Assembly: GCA_036918135.1 (NCBI GenBank)
Contig: JBALDB010000008.1
Span: 96,001 to 160,000, forward strand
Length of the DNA stretch: 64,000 nt
Reading direction: 5' to 3'
Origin: Nostoc sp.
GTDB lineage: Bacteria > Cyanobacteriota > Cyanobacteriia > Cyanobacteriales > Nostocaceae
Below are positions 1 to 10,067 of this stretch, in pieces. The notes under the pieces are model-generated. The model had not been told where the DNA came from and made no database searches. It saw only the letters and a list, made by a program, of their open reading frames with translations. Position numbers and translations under genes: made by a program. Each line of letters opens with the position of its first letter. Position 1 is the first letter of the stretch.

Positions 1-672
1 TTCGATAACCTTGCAACTCCCTTTGGTGTCGGCCCCGATGCCAATGGAGTTAGCCGTACCAGCGTCATTAAGTTTGCTCAAGATTATACCAGACGCGAAG
101 CCCAAGGTGCTTGGTTCTTGCGATCGCAATTTAATTTTGGCATTGACATCTTAGATGCCACAATCAACAATGACCCCATACCTGATGGTCGCTTTTTCAG
201 TTGGCTATTGCAAGTACAGCGCGTACAGCGACTCAGCAACAATCAATTATTGCTCATCCAAGGAGACTTACAGCTAACACCAGATAGCCTCTTACCTTCT
301 GAGCAATTCGTGATTGGCGGCGGACAATCAGTCAGAGGATATCGCCAAAATATCCGCTCAGGAGATAATGGATTTCGGGTAGCACTCGAAGATAGAATCA
401 CAGTACAGCGTAATGAATCTGGATTATCCACGATTCAACTTGCACCATTTGTTGATATGGGAGCCGTCTGGAATAAGTCTAATAATCCCAATCCGCTACC
501 CAATCAAACTTTTCTGATTGGTGCAGGCTTGGGATTATTATGGAATCAAGCCTTTGGAATTGATAATCTAAATTTACGACTCGATTATGGATTTCCATTT
601 ATCGATTTGAGCGATCGCGGTAATAACGCTCAAGATGATGGGTTTTATTTTAGCCTGCGGTATCAGCCGTAA
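1..672 (+). CDS. ShlB/FhaC/HecB-family (TpsB/Omp85-type) outer-membrane secretion/activation protein, 5'-truncated by window edge
   Basis: Frame is open from base 1 (FDNLATPFGVG...); has the GG.SVRGYRQN motif and C-terminal beta-strands (GFYFSLRYQP). Confidence 0.9.
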   Translation, partial: FDNLATPFGVGPDANGVSRTSVIKFAQDYTRREAQGAWFLRSQFNFGIDILDATINNDPIPDGRFFSWLLQVQRVQRLSNNQLLLIQGDLQLTPDSLLPSEQFVIGGGQSVRGYRQNIRSGDNGFRVALEDRITVQRNESGLSTIQLAPFVDMGAVWNKSNNPNPLPNQTFLIGAGLGLLWNQAFGIDNLNLRLDYGFPFIDLSDRGNNAQDDGFYFSLRYQP

Positions 673-750
673 TGGGAGATGGGGAGATGGGGGAGATGGG
701 GCAGGGGGCAGGGGAGAAAAACTAATGACTAATAACCAATGACAAATGAC

Positions 751-1317
751 TTATTTTTTATACAAAGCGCGATATTCCCAAGGATTGATAAATTTAGTAT
801 CGCTCCAAACGCCAACCCGTTGTTGTTTGGCTTCAGCTTCAGCTTGTTGAATTATGTCTCTACTAGGACATTTATTTAAATAGGGACGATACACTTTTGC
901 TAAGCCTTCTTGTAACAATACCTGCTGGATAAAAGTACCATTTTTTAACCTAATTTCTGCAATTTTACGCCCATAACGGTCATTATCAGTAATATTTAAA
1001 GTTACGCGATCCCCTCCTTGCTGCACGAGTTGTTGCACGCGTTCTTGAGCTTTTCTACCCCAACTAAATTGATTGCGATCGCTACTAACTTTACTCTGTT
1101 TTTCCTTATTAGAATGAGCTATTTCTGGCGCATCTACACAAGCAAAGCGCACAGTAAAATTTTTCCCATTAGCATCTTTCAATACTATTGTATCACCATC
1201 ACTTACTCGCTCAACTACATCTCCAGAGTTACCAATAAAGCGGTCGCACCCCATCAAACCCAAAATTATGATAGTTGTACACAGCCAAAATAGCACTATT
1301 TTAATTAATTTCTCCAT
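751..1317 (-). CDS. Thermonuclease (SNase-like) lipoprotein
   Basis: Lipobox LMGC; SNase motifs VSDGDT, VRFACVDAPE, DRYGR, GVWS. Confidence 0.92.
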   Translation of the reverse strand: MEKLIKIVLFWLCTTIIILGLMGCDRFIGNSGDVVERVSDGDTIVLKDANGKNFTVRFACVDAPEIAHSNKEKQSKVSSDRNQFSWGRKAQERVQQLVQQGGDRVTLNITDNDRYGRKIAEIRLKNGTFIQQVLLQEGLAKVYRPYLNKCPSRDIIQQAEAEAKQQRVGVWSDTKFINPWEYRALYKK

Positions 1318-1373
1318 CCAAACTCACCAAGTTATCTTTGAAGCATGATATAGCAAAATCAAAAGATATTTTC

Positions 1374-1682
1374 TCAACTGTTGACATAGTGCCGCAGGTA
1401 TTCTAATGATATCTGAATTTTCGTATCTACTAATTGATTACCAATAGGTAATCGTTCTCCTGTCACCCAAGCTTCTTGAGATTGACACTGATATATTTTC
1501 CGGGGTGAATCATTTAAATAATCATCAACTGTGCGATTGTATTGTCTTTTTGCACGATTTATAAGTAGCTTCAGAATATTTTCTGTATCATCTGGCTTTA
1601 ATTGTGATGCAGTTCCATAAAAATACAAACCATCTGCTGTACCTTCAGAAATACTCTGCGTCCCTTTGCGCTTACTTGGCAT
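1374..1682 (-). CDS. Hypothetical protein (102 aa)
   Basis: ATG-initiated ORF filling the gap between two co-oriented genes; no motif recognised. Confidence 0.6.
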   Translation of the reverse strand: MPSKRKGTQSISEGTADGLYFYGTASQLKPDDTENILKLLINRAKRQYNRTVDDYLNDSPRKIYQCQSQEAWVTGERLPIGNQLVDTKIQISLEYLRHYVNS

Positions 1683-1759
1683 GACTTTGCGTTTAAAAAC
1701 ATTACTATTTTAAGCAAAGTTGTACTTACTCTATTCATCAGTTAGATTACTACGACCAA

Positions 1760-3085
1760 TTAAAGTTGATTTCGCGCCTTCAATTGCAGATATCGTTCAA
1801 CCAACTCATCTGCAATTTTATTCGCTGGTGCATCTAATACTAATACACCTTTTTGTTTCAACTGAGCAAATGCCACTTGTCGCTGTGCTAATAAATCTAA
1901 TGCTACTGCACGCACATAAGTACCTATAACATTTTCACTAAAAGTGTTTGCTAAACTATCGACTTGTGGATCTCGCAGAGTTACGCAAAATGGCAGATAA
2001 CGGGGCGCTAGTTTGGAAAGTGCAGCCAACAGTTCCATAGAAGCAGTAACATCAACTAAATCCGTAATCACCACTACAAGCGCCCTGCGAGTTTGTCGTT
2101 GCACAACATTTGTTACCGCACCCAAATAATCAGATTCAAATAACACAGGTTGAATCGGAGTTAGCTTATCGATTAGCTGATTCAAATGAAGTTGACCGCG
2201 TTCTGGGGGAATCCACGTATGCATTTGGCGGTCAAATACACCAACACCAACGCGATCGCCTCGATGTAAACCCGCTAAAGCTAAGGATAAAGTTGCATTC
2301 AAACCCCAATCAAATCGTTGCAAACCTTGGACTTTTGCCGTCATCAACCTGCCGCGATCGAGTAAAATCAGCAAAGTTTGCTCTTGTTCTGGTTCCAGCA
2401 CCCTTACCAGTGGCGGCGAGTTACCATAAGCACCAACCCGACGGGCGGTAGCTTTCCAATCAATGAACCGCAAATCGTCACCAGTGCGATAATTCCGCAG
2501 TTCGGCAAACTCTGTACCGATACCCGTTTGTCTAGCTTGGCGCATTGCTCCCGATGATTGCAATGTTAGGCGAATTGTTAGCGATCGCAATCCAATTAAA
2601 TCAGGATAAACTTTCACTGGCAAACTTTGCAAAATCTGCCAATCATCCCAAGCTAATCTCCAAAGTCCCAATTGTCTTACTTGAATATTTCCCCAAGGAA
2701 ATTCTCCCCGTTGTATTGGGTTAATGGTATACGTTAATTCCTGGGTGCTATTACTGGGAATAGTGGCATCTAGTGCAGGTACAGATACACCAAAACCTGT
2801 TGGATAATAGTCGCGGATTTGAATTTGGGCATTGGCATTTTCTGATGTTACTTTCAAGACAACTGGATTATCTCGCCCAATGGATAATCGCGACGGTAAT
2901 TCGCGGGTAATTTGGACGCGAGAACGCCGCACCCGTAAACCATCCACAACCATTAATATTAAAACTACGACATCAAATAGCAAAGTGATAGCGATGGTTG
3001 CGGAAATCGTCAGAAAAAGGGATAGGATAAAGGCGATCGCAATTCCCGATACTAATAAAAAATAAACTCGTTTGGAAGGAACCAT
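1760..3085 (-). CDS. DUF58 domain membrane protein (MoxR-associated, vWA-like)
   Basis: N-terminal TM helices; GTEFAELRNYRTGDDLRFIDWKATARR signature. Confidence 0.92.
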   Translation of the reverse strand: MVPSKRVYFLLVSGIAIAFILSLFLTISATIAITLLFDVVVLILMVVDGLRVRRSRVQITRELPSRLSIGRDNPVVLKVTSENANAQIQIRDYYPTGFGVSVPALDATIPSNSTQELTYTINPIQRGEFPWGNIQVRQLGLWRLAWDDWQILQSLPVKVYPDLIGLRSLTIRLTLQSSGAMRQARQTGIGTEFAELRNYRTGDDLRFIDWKATARRVGAYGNSPPLVRVLEPEQEQTLLILLDRGRLMTAKVQGLQRFDWGLNATLSLALAGLHRGDRVGVGVFDRQMHTWIPPERGQLHLNQLIDKLTPIQPVLFESDYLGAVTNVVQRQTRRALVVVITDLVDVTASMELLAALSKLAPRYLPFCVTLRDPQVDSLANTFSENVIGTYVRAVALDLLAQRQVAFAQLKQKGVLVLDAPANKIADELVERYLQLKARNQL

Positions 3086-3102
3086 TTTTTGGTTTATATA
3101 GC

Positions 3103-5928
3103 TTACTTAGTGGAGCTGCTTTTTTGATTGTTATTAGGATTGGATGGATGTTGCTCAGTAGGATCGGATGGATGTTGCTCAGTAGGATCGGATGGATGTT
3201 GGTCAGTAGGATGGGATGGAGGATCGCGCTGGTCAGGTTTGGTTCCTAAATCAGACGCCCAGTTGTTCTCCTCTGTTAACCCAAAGTTTCTTGTCTCAAA
3301 CCACTCTGATTTGAGTAGCGACCACCAATCAGCCGTCAGCCCTTTCAATACATAGTCATAGGGAAGCCAACCATAACCCCCTTCTCCCCAATCATTTCCC
3401 CAAGAGTTTCTAATCAGTAACGCTCCTTGTGACACCATACCATCAGTGTTTTGTATTACCTTATAATCTTCATAGCCAACTGCAACAGCAGCGTGACCTC
3501 CTTTTACCTTATCTTTCTCAACTGGGTACGGAATATGACCTCTTTGGTTTGAGTCATTGTCGATGGAATCATAAATAGTAAACCCAAATGCACAAGGAAA
3601 ACCAGCAGCTAAAACCGTCTTAATCCGAAATAACAATATATCCTCTGAAGTCCCCGCAGGATTGAGACGGAAGTATTTCAGCGCTTGATAACTCTGAGCA
3701 AAAGAGTAGCAGAAGTTAGTTGGTTCCTCATCAAACTTATCTTCTTCATAAGGCCAGTACTCCTCTGGGGGCACACCAAATAATGCCATTGCCTTCATAG
3801 TTTCTCGAAGAGATGCTCCTGCGTCACCTTGGCGATGCATTAAAGTGCGTGTCACTTTGTAAAGAAATAGTCGAGAAGCATCGATATACCTATCAAAACT
3901 TCTTTTCTCAAAATACTCCATTAAGGCGATCCCAGCATGTGCTGTACATGAAGCCAGTGAACCTTGCTCTTCAATGGGAGAACACCAAAAGCTTAAATCG
4001 ACGAATTCTGGTACTAATAAATTTACATTTTTTTGAAAGTTTGGCCGATGTTCTTTTTGTTTTTGTTCTTCTCTGATTCTTTTCTCTAAATCCCATTCTA
4101 GGAGAACAATTTGTAAATCCCCTTGAAAGCCTGGTTCTTTTTCTAACTCCGGTTCGACGTGGGTTTTCGGAGGCAGTATTTGAATAACTGTCCTCAGACT
4201 TTTATGATATAAAATTTCTATTCTCTCTTCTTCTTCTGGCTTGGGTTGAGGATTATTAGGTTTTATTCTATTTTCTAAACACTTGAGAGACTTAAAGATG
4301 TCATTTATCTTCTCTAGAGAGTTGGATACCTTATTTTTTTGTTTTGGATCATTGTTAAACTTATTAAGAGCTTGTTTAAAACTTAAAAAATTGGAAATAG
4401 CTATAGGTATAAATAATGGATTACGCTTCCACTCTTTCAGCAAATCTGTTTTTTGGTCTAATATTTGAAAAATATTAAACTTTTCCGAAAAGTTTTGCTT
4501 TTGTAATTCTCTAATTATCTCAATTAATTCTTCATTGTGCTCTTTTTGAGGCTGATCTAATTTCTTAGATAACCATTTCTCGAATAATTTATCAAGCTGC
4601 TCTAAACTGTTGTTTACTACTGTCTCAAGATTTGGATGTTGAGCCAAAGGAGAAATTATTCGAGCAACCCATTTAACTATTAAATCAATTGTATTTTGTA
4701 ATTCTTTCTTGGATTCTGAAAAGTTATTTATTCGGTTAAACCCTTGCTCGTCAACAAAATCTTCTACTTGAAATTCAGTTATTTTAAAAATTTTTAAAAT
4801 AATTTCATAAAGTTTACTAGGTATTGGTGAAGCGCCTGGAATAATTAACTTTTCATGTACAGTTTCCAGATCTATCTCTGGAGTTTTTGAATCTGATATT
4901 AGATTTTTTAGACTGACCAGGTTTTGCAAAACTCTCCACGTTTCTTTACCAACTATACCATCCACTTTTAGCCCATACCTAGCTTGAAAACATCTAACTG
5001 CTTGCTCTGTCAGTGAATCAAAATATCCTGTTATTAATCCATTAAATTCTTCTAGCTGAATTAATCGCAACTGTAACTCTTTAACTTTCTCGTTACAATT
5101 ACCATATTCATATTTAGCGTTTTTATCTATTGTAGAATGATTGCCATCATTTATCTCTAGTGATTGAGAAGTTTTTTCTGGCTTTTTTGTTAATATATTG
5201 AAATTAGCGCTATTAGAATTATTAGCATTTTTTAATGTATTTTTAATTCTTTCAAACTCTGTCTTACATTTATCGAACATCTTTTGTCTTTCTTGAGTTT
5301 CTTTCGGAGAACTTCCCTTAATGTTTTGTTGAAATTCTAAAATTTGGTTCAAATATATTAGAAGATTAAATATAATATTATCAATTGGTTCTTTTCTAAA
5401 CCCAAATTCTAAAAGAATTTGATTTACGGCTTCTTTAGTGCAGTCACCAAAATAACCATACTCAGGTATGAGAAAGGGCCAATTATCTGTTTCAAAACTA
5501 TCATTTAAATTGAAGTTAAAAACTTGATTTAATTTATTTAGTGAATTAATTAAATTCTCACTTTTAGTTATAAAATTGGCAAAGTTCTTTTGATACTTCA
5601 GAAGATTCAATAACAATTTTTGAAGCTCATATACTTCATAACCTACATTGCCAGAAGCTAAAAATTTTTGTTTTTTTAAAGCTCTAACTTTGACTAACTT
5701 AAAACTTCCACGTATCGTTCTTTCAATCTTGTCAATTTTATCTAGATTTCGGGAAATCTTTGGGTCATTTTTGATTAAATCCAAAATTTCAGCTAGAGGT
5801 TCTTGCGCGTCGTTGGTTATTTGTAGATCCTGAAGTTTTGTCCCAAGCTTATCTTTGATTTTGCCTATGTGGTAGTCCCTAACATCAGGATAGTCTGGTA
5901 TCCAACCTGTTCCTTTTTTATCTACCAT
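3103..5928 (-). CDS. C1 (papain-like) cysteine peptidase with large insertion containing peptidoglycan-binding-like motifs
   Basis: N-terminal GWIPDYPDVRDY; catalytic QGSLASCTAHA, GGHAAVAVGY and IRNSWG; PG_binding_1-like VKELQLRL...FQARYGLKVDGIVGKETW. Confidence 0.88.
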   Translation of the reverse strand: MVDKKGTGWIPDYPDVRDYHIGKIKDKLGTKLQDLQITNDAQEPLAEILDLIKNDPKISRNLDKIDKIERTIRGSFKLVKVRALKKQKFLASGNVGYEVYELQKLLLNLLKYQKNFANFITKSENLINSLNKLNQVFNFNLNDSFETDNWPFLIPEYGYFGDCTKEAVNQILLEFGFRKEPIDNIIFNLLIYLNQILEFQQNIKGSSPKETQERQKMFDKCKTEFERIKNTLKNANNSNSANFNILTKKPEKTSQSLEINDGNHSTIDKNAKYEYGNCNEKVKELQLRLIQLEEFNGLITGYFDSLTEQAVRCFQARYGLKVDGIVGKETWRVLQNLVSLKNLISDSKTPEIDLETVHEKLIIPGASPIPSKLYEIILKIFKITEFQVEDFVDEQGFNRINNFSESKKELQNTIDLIVKWVARIISPLAQHPNLETVVNNSLEQLDKLFEKWLSKKLDQPQKEHNEELIEIIRELQKQNFSEKFNIFQILDQKTDLLKEWKRNPLFIPIAISNFLSFKQALNKFNNDPKQKNKVSNSLEKINDIFKSLKCLENRIKPNNPQPKPEEEERIEILYHKSLRTVIQILPPKTHVEPELEKEPGFQGDLQIVLLEWDLEKRIREEQKQKEHRPNFQKNVNLLVPEFVDLSFWCSPIEEQGSLASCTAHAGIALMEYFEKRSFDRYIDASRLFLYKVTRTLMHRQGDAGASLRETMKAMALFGVPPEEYWPYEEDKFDEEPTNFCYSFAQSYQALKYFRLNPAGTSEDILLFRIKTVLAAGFPCAFGFTIYDSIDNDSNQRGHIPYPVEKDKVKGGHAAVAVGYEDYKVIQNTDGMVSQGALLIRNSWGNDWGEGGYGWLPYDYVLKGLTADWWSLLKSEWFETRNFGLTEENNWASDLGTKPDQRDPPSHPTDQHPSDPTEQHPSDPTEQHPSNPNNNQKSSSTK
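3137..3230 (-). repeat. 24-bp coding tandem repeat (PSDPTEQH, about 3-4 units) in the C1 peptidase tail
   Basis: ggatcggatggatgttgctcagta units read directly from the + strand. Confidence 0.85.
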
Positions 5929-6025
5929 GATTTCCTTTAATATTTTTCTGGTTATATTTATCTGGCTTTATCTGAAATTTTATGCAAAATCGCTCAAAAG
6001 TTATGAAAGTTTATTCCTGTAAGCT

Positions 6026-8035
6026 CTAAGACCCAGTTTGAGTTTTTACTCCATCACAAACATGGTAGTGGGAAGCATAGCTTTGACCATTGGCATTATT
6101 AGTTAAATAATCATGCAGCCAATCGCACCCCCGCCCCATTAGTCCATCTAAAGTAAGATTTTCTATATTCCACAAAATTGCTGTGCCATCTTTACTACCA
6201 GAGATCAGAGTCTTACTATCAGGGCTAAAACTGATACTATTGACTTCACCATCATGCCCAGTCAGAGTAGTAATCACCGTACCATCTTTGTGCCAAAGTT
6301 TCACTGTTTTGTCATCACTAGCAGTAGCGATCGTTCGGCCGTCAGGACTAAAAGCTACCTGTGAGATTGCAGCATTGTGCCCATTGAGGCTGATCTCACG
6401 GCCGTCAAGAAGTTGCCGAAGTTTAACACTATTGCCCACAGCGATCGCAATCATTTTATTGTCGGGGCTGAAACTCACACTACGGATAGGATCGCTATAA
6501 TTCTTCTGTAAGTTGTTCAGCTCCTGACCCTCAAGGTTCCAGAATTTTACAGTCCCGTCAAAACTGGCGCTAGCAATCATCTTGCCGTTGGGGCTAAAAA
6601 TCACGCTAAAGACTGCAGCGTTATGCTTGAGGGGTTTGAACAGCATCTGTCCTTGGCAATTCCAGAGTTTGACCATATTGTCATCACCTGCGGTGGCAAT
6701 TATCTTGCCGTCTGGGCTAAAACTTACGCTACGGACACGATCGCTATAATTCATATGCTTCAGAGTCTGAAATACCTTATACTGTCGATTCCAGAGTCTC
6801 ACCTTTCCGTCCTCACTAGCAGTAGCAAATATCTGGCTATCAGGACTGAAACTCACAGTGCGAACTTTAGTATTGAGCTTCTCAAAGTCATGAAATAGCT
6901 TACCTTGTCTGTTCCAGAGTTTTACCGTCCCGTCTAAACTGGCAGAAGCGAGTATTTGACTGTCGGGGCTAAAACTTACACTCATAACTTCGTCCTTATG
7001 CTTTTCTAAAGTATGGAGCAAACGACCATGCTTGTTCCAAATTTTCACTGTTCTGTTTGCACCAGCAGTAGCGAGAATTTCGCCATCAGGACTGAAACTA
7101 ACGCTAGGGATAGCATTGCTGTCCTCTAGACGTGAGCGTTCTCTTACCCAATAAATCGCCTGTCCCAATACCTTCATCACTTCTGCCCGCTCCTCATTTG
7201 AAATCGTGATTTTGTCTGTATCTAGTTCTTTGAGTTTCTTCCCAGCTTTTAAAGCTTCTATTAAGGCATCAAAGGTATCTCTGTTTGCCGTAAAACGTCC
7301 GTCTGACGCTGAAATTAAAGCTTGAAGTGCCGATTTTTGTGCTGCTATCTGCTGGCGAACGGCTTCTTTCCAGCCAATTGCTGCAAAAATAGCTAATCCT
7401 GTTGAAATCACAAACCCTGAAGTCAAAGCAATTAATCTTGTTCTGTAACGTGCCCTTTGGGCTTTGCGACTTTCGCCAATGTATTCTTGTTGGAGTGGTG
7501 TAATTAAGGGCTTTTTCCCTGCTCCTTTAGTGAACCATTGTTCTGCTTCTTCTAGTTGACTACCTTGCAGCAAGTAGCTACTGTTGCGTTTTTTCTGTTC
7601 CCACTCCAACGCCACTACGAGTAAGCGGGTATGCTCTTTAACATGAGCTAAATCTGTATCAAGCGTATCGAGTAATGATTGCAAAGCTATATTGAAATCA
7701 TTAGTTTCTTCAAAGAAGATATAATTAATTTTTGCTAATTCGGGATGAACACCCTCAGCATACTGCCAGACAATTGGCACCAAACGTTTATTGTGCTTGA
7801 GAGCGTGTGCAATCTCTTCACCGCAGACTTCAGAAACAACTGAATTCAGACTAATAACAAAGATAAAATTATCAGCAGCTTCAATTCCTTGGTAAATTTC
7901 TTTGCGCCAATCTGCCGTAAACGGAATTCCCTCCCAGTCTACCCAGACTTCTCGGTTGTGTTGTTTGAGCGCTTCATAAAGCCTTTTAACAAACTCTTTA
8001 TCTTTGCGGGAGTAAGAAATAAACGCTTGACTCAT
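6026..8035 (-). CDS. TIR-domain / transmembrane / WD40-repeat protein
   Basis: AFISYSRKD...CGEEIAHA TIR motifs; hydrophobic LIALTSGFVISTGLAIFAAIGW; about 8 SVSFSPDG...VKLWN WD40 repeats. Confidence 0.92.
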   Translation of the reverse strand: MSQAFISYSRKDKEFVKRLYEALKQHNREVWVDWEGIPFTADWRKEIYQGIEAADNFIFVISLNSVVSEVCGEEIAHALKHNKRLVPIVWQYAEGVHPELAKINYIFFEETNDFNIALQSLLDTLDTDLAHVKEHTRLLVVALEWEQKKRNSSYLLQGSQLEEAEQWFTKGAGKKPLITPLQQEYIGESRKAQRARYRTRLIALTSGFVISTGLAIFAAIGWKEAVRQQIAAQKSALQALISASDGRFTANRDTFDALIEALKAGKKLKELDTDKITISNEERAEVMKVLGQAIYWVRERSRLEDSNAIPSVSFSPDGEILATAGANRTVKIWNKHGRLLHTLEKHKDEVMSVSFSPDSQILASASLDGTVKLWNRQGKLFHDFEKLNTKVRTVSFSPDSQIFATASEDGKVRLWNRQYKVFQTLKHMNYSDRVRSVSFSPDGKIIATAGDDNMVKLWNCQGQMLFKPLKHNAAVFSVIFSPNGKMIASASFDGTVKFWNLEGQELNNLQKNYSDPIRSVSFSPDNKMIAIAVGNSVKLRQLLDGREISLNGHNAAISQVAFSPDGRTIATASDDKTVKLWHKDGTVITTLTGHDGEVNSISFSPDSKTLISGSKDGTAILWNIENLTLDGLMGRGCDWLHDYLTNNANGQSYASHYHVCDGVKTQTGS

Positions 8036-8753
8036 CTAATTATCTATAAATACTTAATAAATGCCTATTTGCAAAAAACTTACTGTTTAGTAAAAAAATA
8101 TATTCTTTCTAGAAAGAAATAACAAAATACAAATTTCCTATATAGTTTAGTTTTTTTACTATATGATAATTTGGGCGATCGCATATCAGTCAAAAACGAA
8201 AATTAGCTGTTTTGATACAAAGCTTCAAATAAAAATGGCTGTTAGAAACCCCATCTACAACAAACAAAATCCACCTCTGCAAATGAGAGCCTGTGTAGCC
8301 AAGCCACTGCACCCTTGCGGGTTAACAGACTTGTAAATGCCCTTCAGGCTGCTTCGCAAACACGAGTGTGTTTTTGTCAGGAGAAGGGTAGCAAGTGGCG
8401 CGCTTCTATTCCTGGGGGCTTACTCTCAGAAGTCTCCTCCTCTGAATCTGGGATGATTAAGAAGTAATTTAACTGTATAAGAGCAGCAGCTAGGCTAACT
8501 GCGTGCTAATGGCTACACCAAGACCACAAGGATGAACAAAACTGGGTGGAGGCTGAGAACATAGAGTTAAAAGGTAAATTTTTGACTACTAGGTATCAAT
8601 TGCTAATGACTAATAACTTCTTGAGTTGTTAGGATGAAATCACCATCCAACTTCCGTTAAAATATTTGCTGTTGAAAAAAGCAAAAGTATCAAACAGCAA
8701 GGCTGCTTTTGTCAAGTTTTACCGATTTGAGTAAATAATTAATTATTAAACCC

Positions 8754-10055
8754 ATGCCACATCGTCATTATCCTCCCGCCTACTTACGCTATCTCAAAGC
8801 CAGGTTATGGAATCTAGGGCGACCTGGTTTTTGGGTAACTGCAATTTTTTTATCTGGAGTTGGGCTAGTAACTTGGGAATACTGGTCAAATCCAGATATT
8901 TTTGTTTATAAGCAAAAAAATCCAGTCGCTTCACAAAAGCCTACTGACTCTTCCTTGTCAGAAGAAGACAAAGCTATTGCAGCGGATATTGATAACTTGC
9001 CAGTTTTGTTTAATGACTTTGACCGAGCAACTCTCTCAGGAACGGCAAATTCTTCTAAAGAAAAGGCTGAGGAAAAAAACAGCAAAGGCTTATTAGACGA
9101 TTTAATTAATAAACAAAAGTCTGTTAGTGATAGCAAATCAAAATCTGATTCAGGAGTAGTTAATTCCGAACCTCCCCCAACTCTGAAAAATCCCTTTATC
9201 ACCCAAACAGAAAATTTATTGCGGACTGGAACGGTTGATAGTAATAGCCAGTTTCTTGGTCTCAAGTCTTTTAATGGGGCGTTTGAAACAGAAGGGCAAC
9301 AAACATCTTCTAGCGTGGGAATTGGATTAAATAATCAAAGCAATAACAATCAAAATTCTGTCTCCATTAATCCTCTGCAAGCAGCACTCAACGATTCGAC
9401 AAACCAGAAGTCTAACTCGAATGGGATTAATGCTACTGGGTCAAATGCTTCAGGACGTGTCTCTGACACAGGAACAAAGTCGATAACACCGATGAACAGT
9501 TTACCCACTCAAAATTCTCTACCAACTACTGGGGTAAATCCTGGGACAGGGTACACGTCAACGGGTACAAACTTACAGCCAAATCCTTACAGTAATTTAA
9601 ACAGCGGGCAAACAGCAGTAACACCTCCAGTCAACTCTGTTGCACCCACTAATAATATTGCACCTTACTCTAGCCAAAGTCCGAATCAAGGTGTTGTTGC
9701 GCCCACAAACCCTACAGGATATAGGAATTATGGTTTGCAGCAGCCAACCCAAGTACCACAGTCTAATTATGGAAATTATGGCTTGCAGCAGCCAACCCAA
9801 GTACCACAGTCTACTTACGGGAATTATGGCTTGCAGCAGCCAACCCAAGTACCACAGTCTACTTACGGGAATTATGGCTTGCAGCAGCCAACCCAAGTAC
9901 CACAATCTACTTATGGAAATTATGGCTTGCAGCAGCCAACCCAAGTACCACAGTCTACTTATGGGAATTATGGCTTGCCAACTCAATCAACGCAGTCTAC
10001 TGCGGCATATATGCGCCAGATATTAGACAAGTATAGAGGTCAGAATCAAAGGTGA
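8754..10055 (+). CDS. Membrane-anchored low-complexity hypothetical protein with C-terminal 16-aa repeats
   Basis: N-terminal TM; N/S/Q/P-rich; YGNYGLQQPTQVPQST repeats. Confidence 0.8.
   Translation: MPHRHYPPAYLRYLKARLWNLGRPGFWVTAIFLSGVGLVTWEYWSNPDIFVYKQKNPVASQKPTDSSLSEEDKAIAADIDNLPVLFNDFDRATLSGTANSSKEKAEEKNSKGLLDDLINKQKSVSDSKSKSDSGVVNSEPPPTLKNPFITQTENLLRTGTVDSNSQFLGLKSFNGAFETEGQQTSSSVGIGLNNQSNNNQNSVSINPLQAALNDSTNQKSNSNGINATGSNASGRVSDTGTKSITPMNSLPTQNSLPTTGVNPGTGYTSTGTNLQPNPYSNLNSGQTAVTPPVNSVAPTNNIAPYSSQSPNQGVVAPTNPTGYRNYGLQQPTQVPQSNYGNYGLQQPTQVPQSTYGNYGLQQPTQVPQSTYGNYGLQQPTQVPQSTYGNYGLQQPTQVPQSTYGNYGLPTQSTQSTAAYMRQILDKYRGQNQR
9726..9978 (+). repeat. 48-bp coding tandem repeat, about 5.3 copies
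   Basis: aattatggcttgcagcagccaacccaagtaccacagtctacttacggg-type units abutting without spacers. Confidence 0.95.
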
Positions 10056-10067
10056 TATAAAATTCAG

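Noticed and set aside
8150..8750. Possible ncRNA or gene remnant in a long intergenic region
   Set aside because: It contains small-repeat-like and IS-end-like fragments, but no RNA family or ORF could be supported.
9726..9978. Possible CRISPR array
   Set aside because: Repeats abut without unique spacers, keep the reading frame of a CDS, and no cas genes are present.
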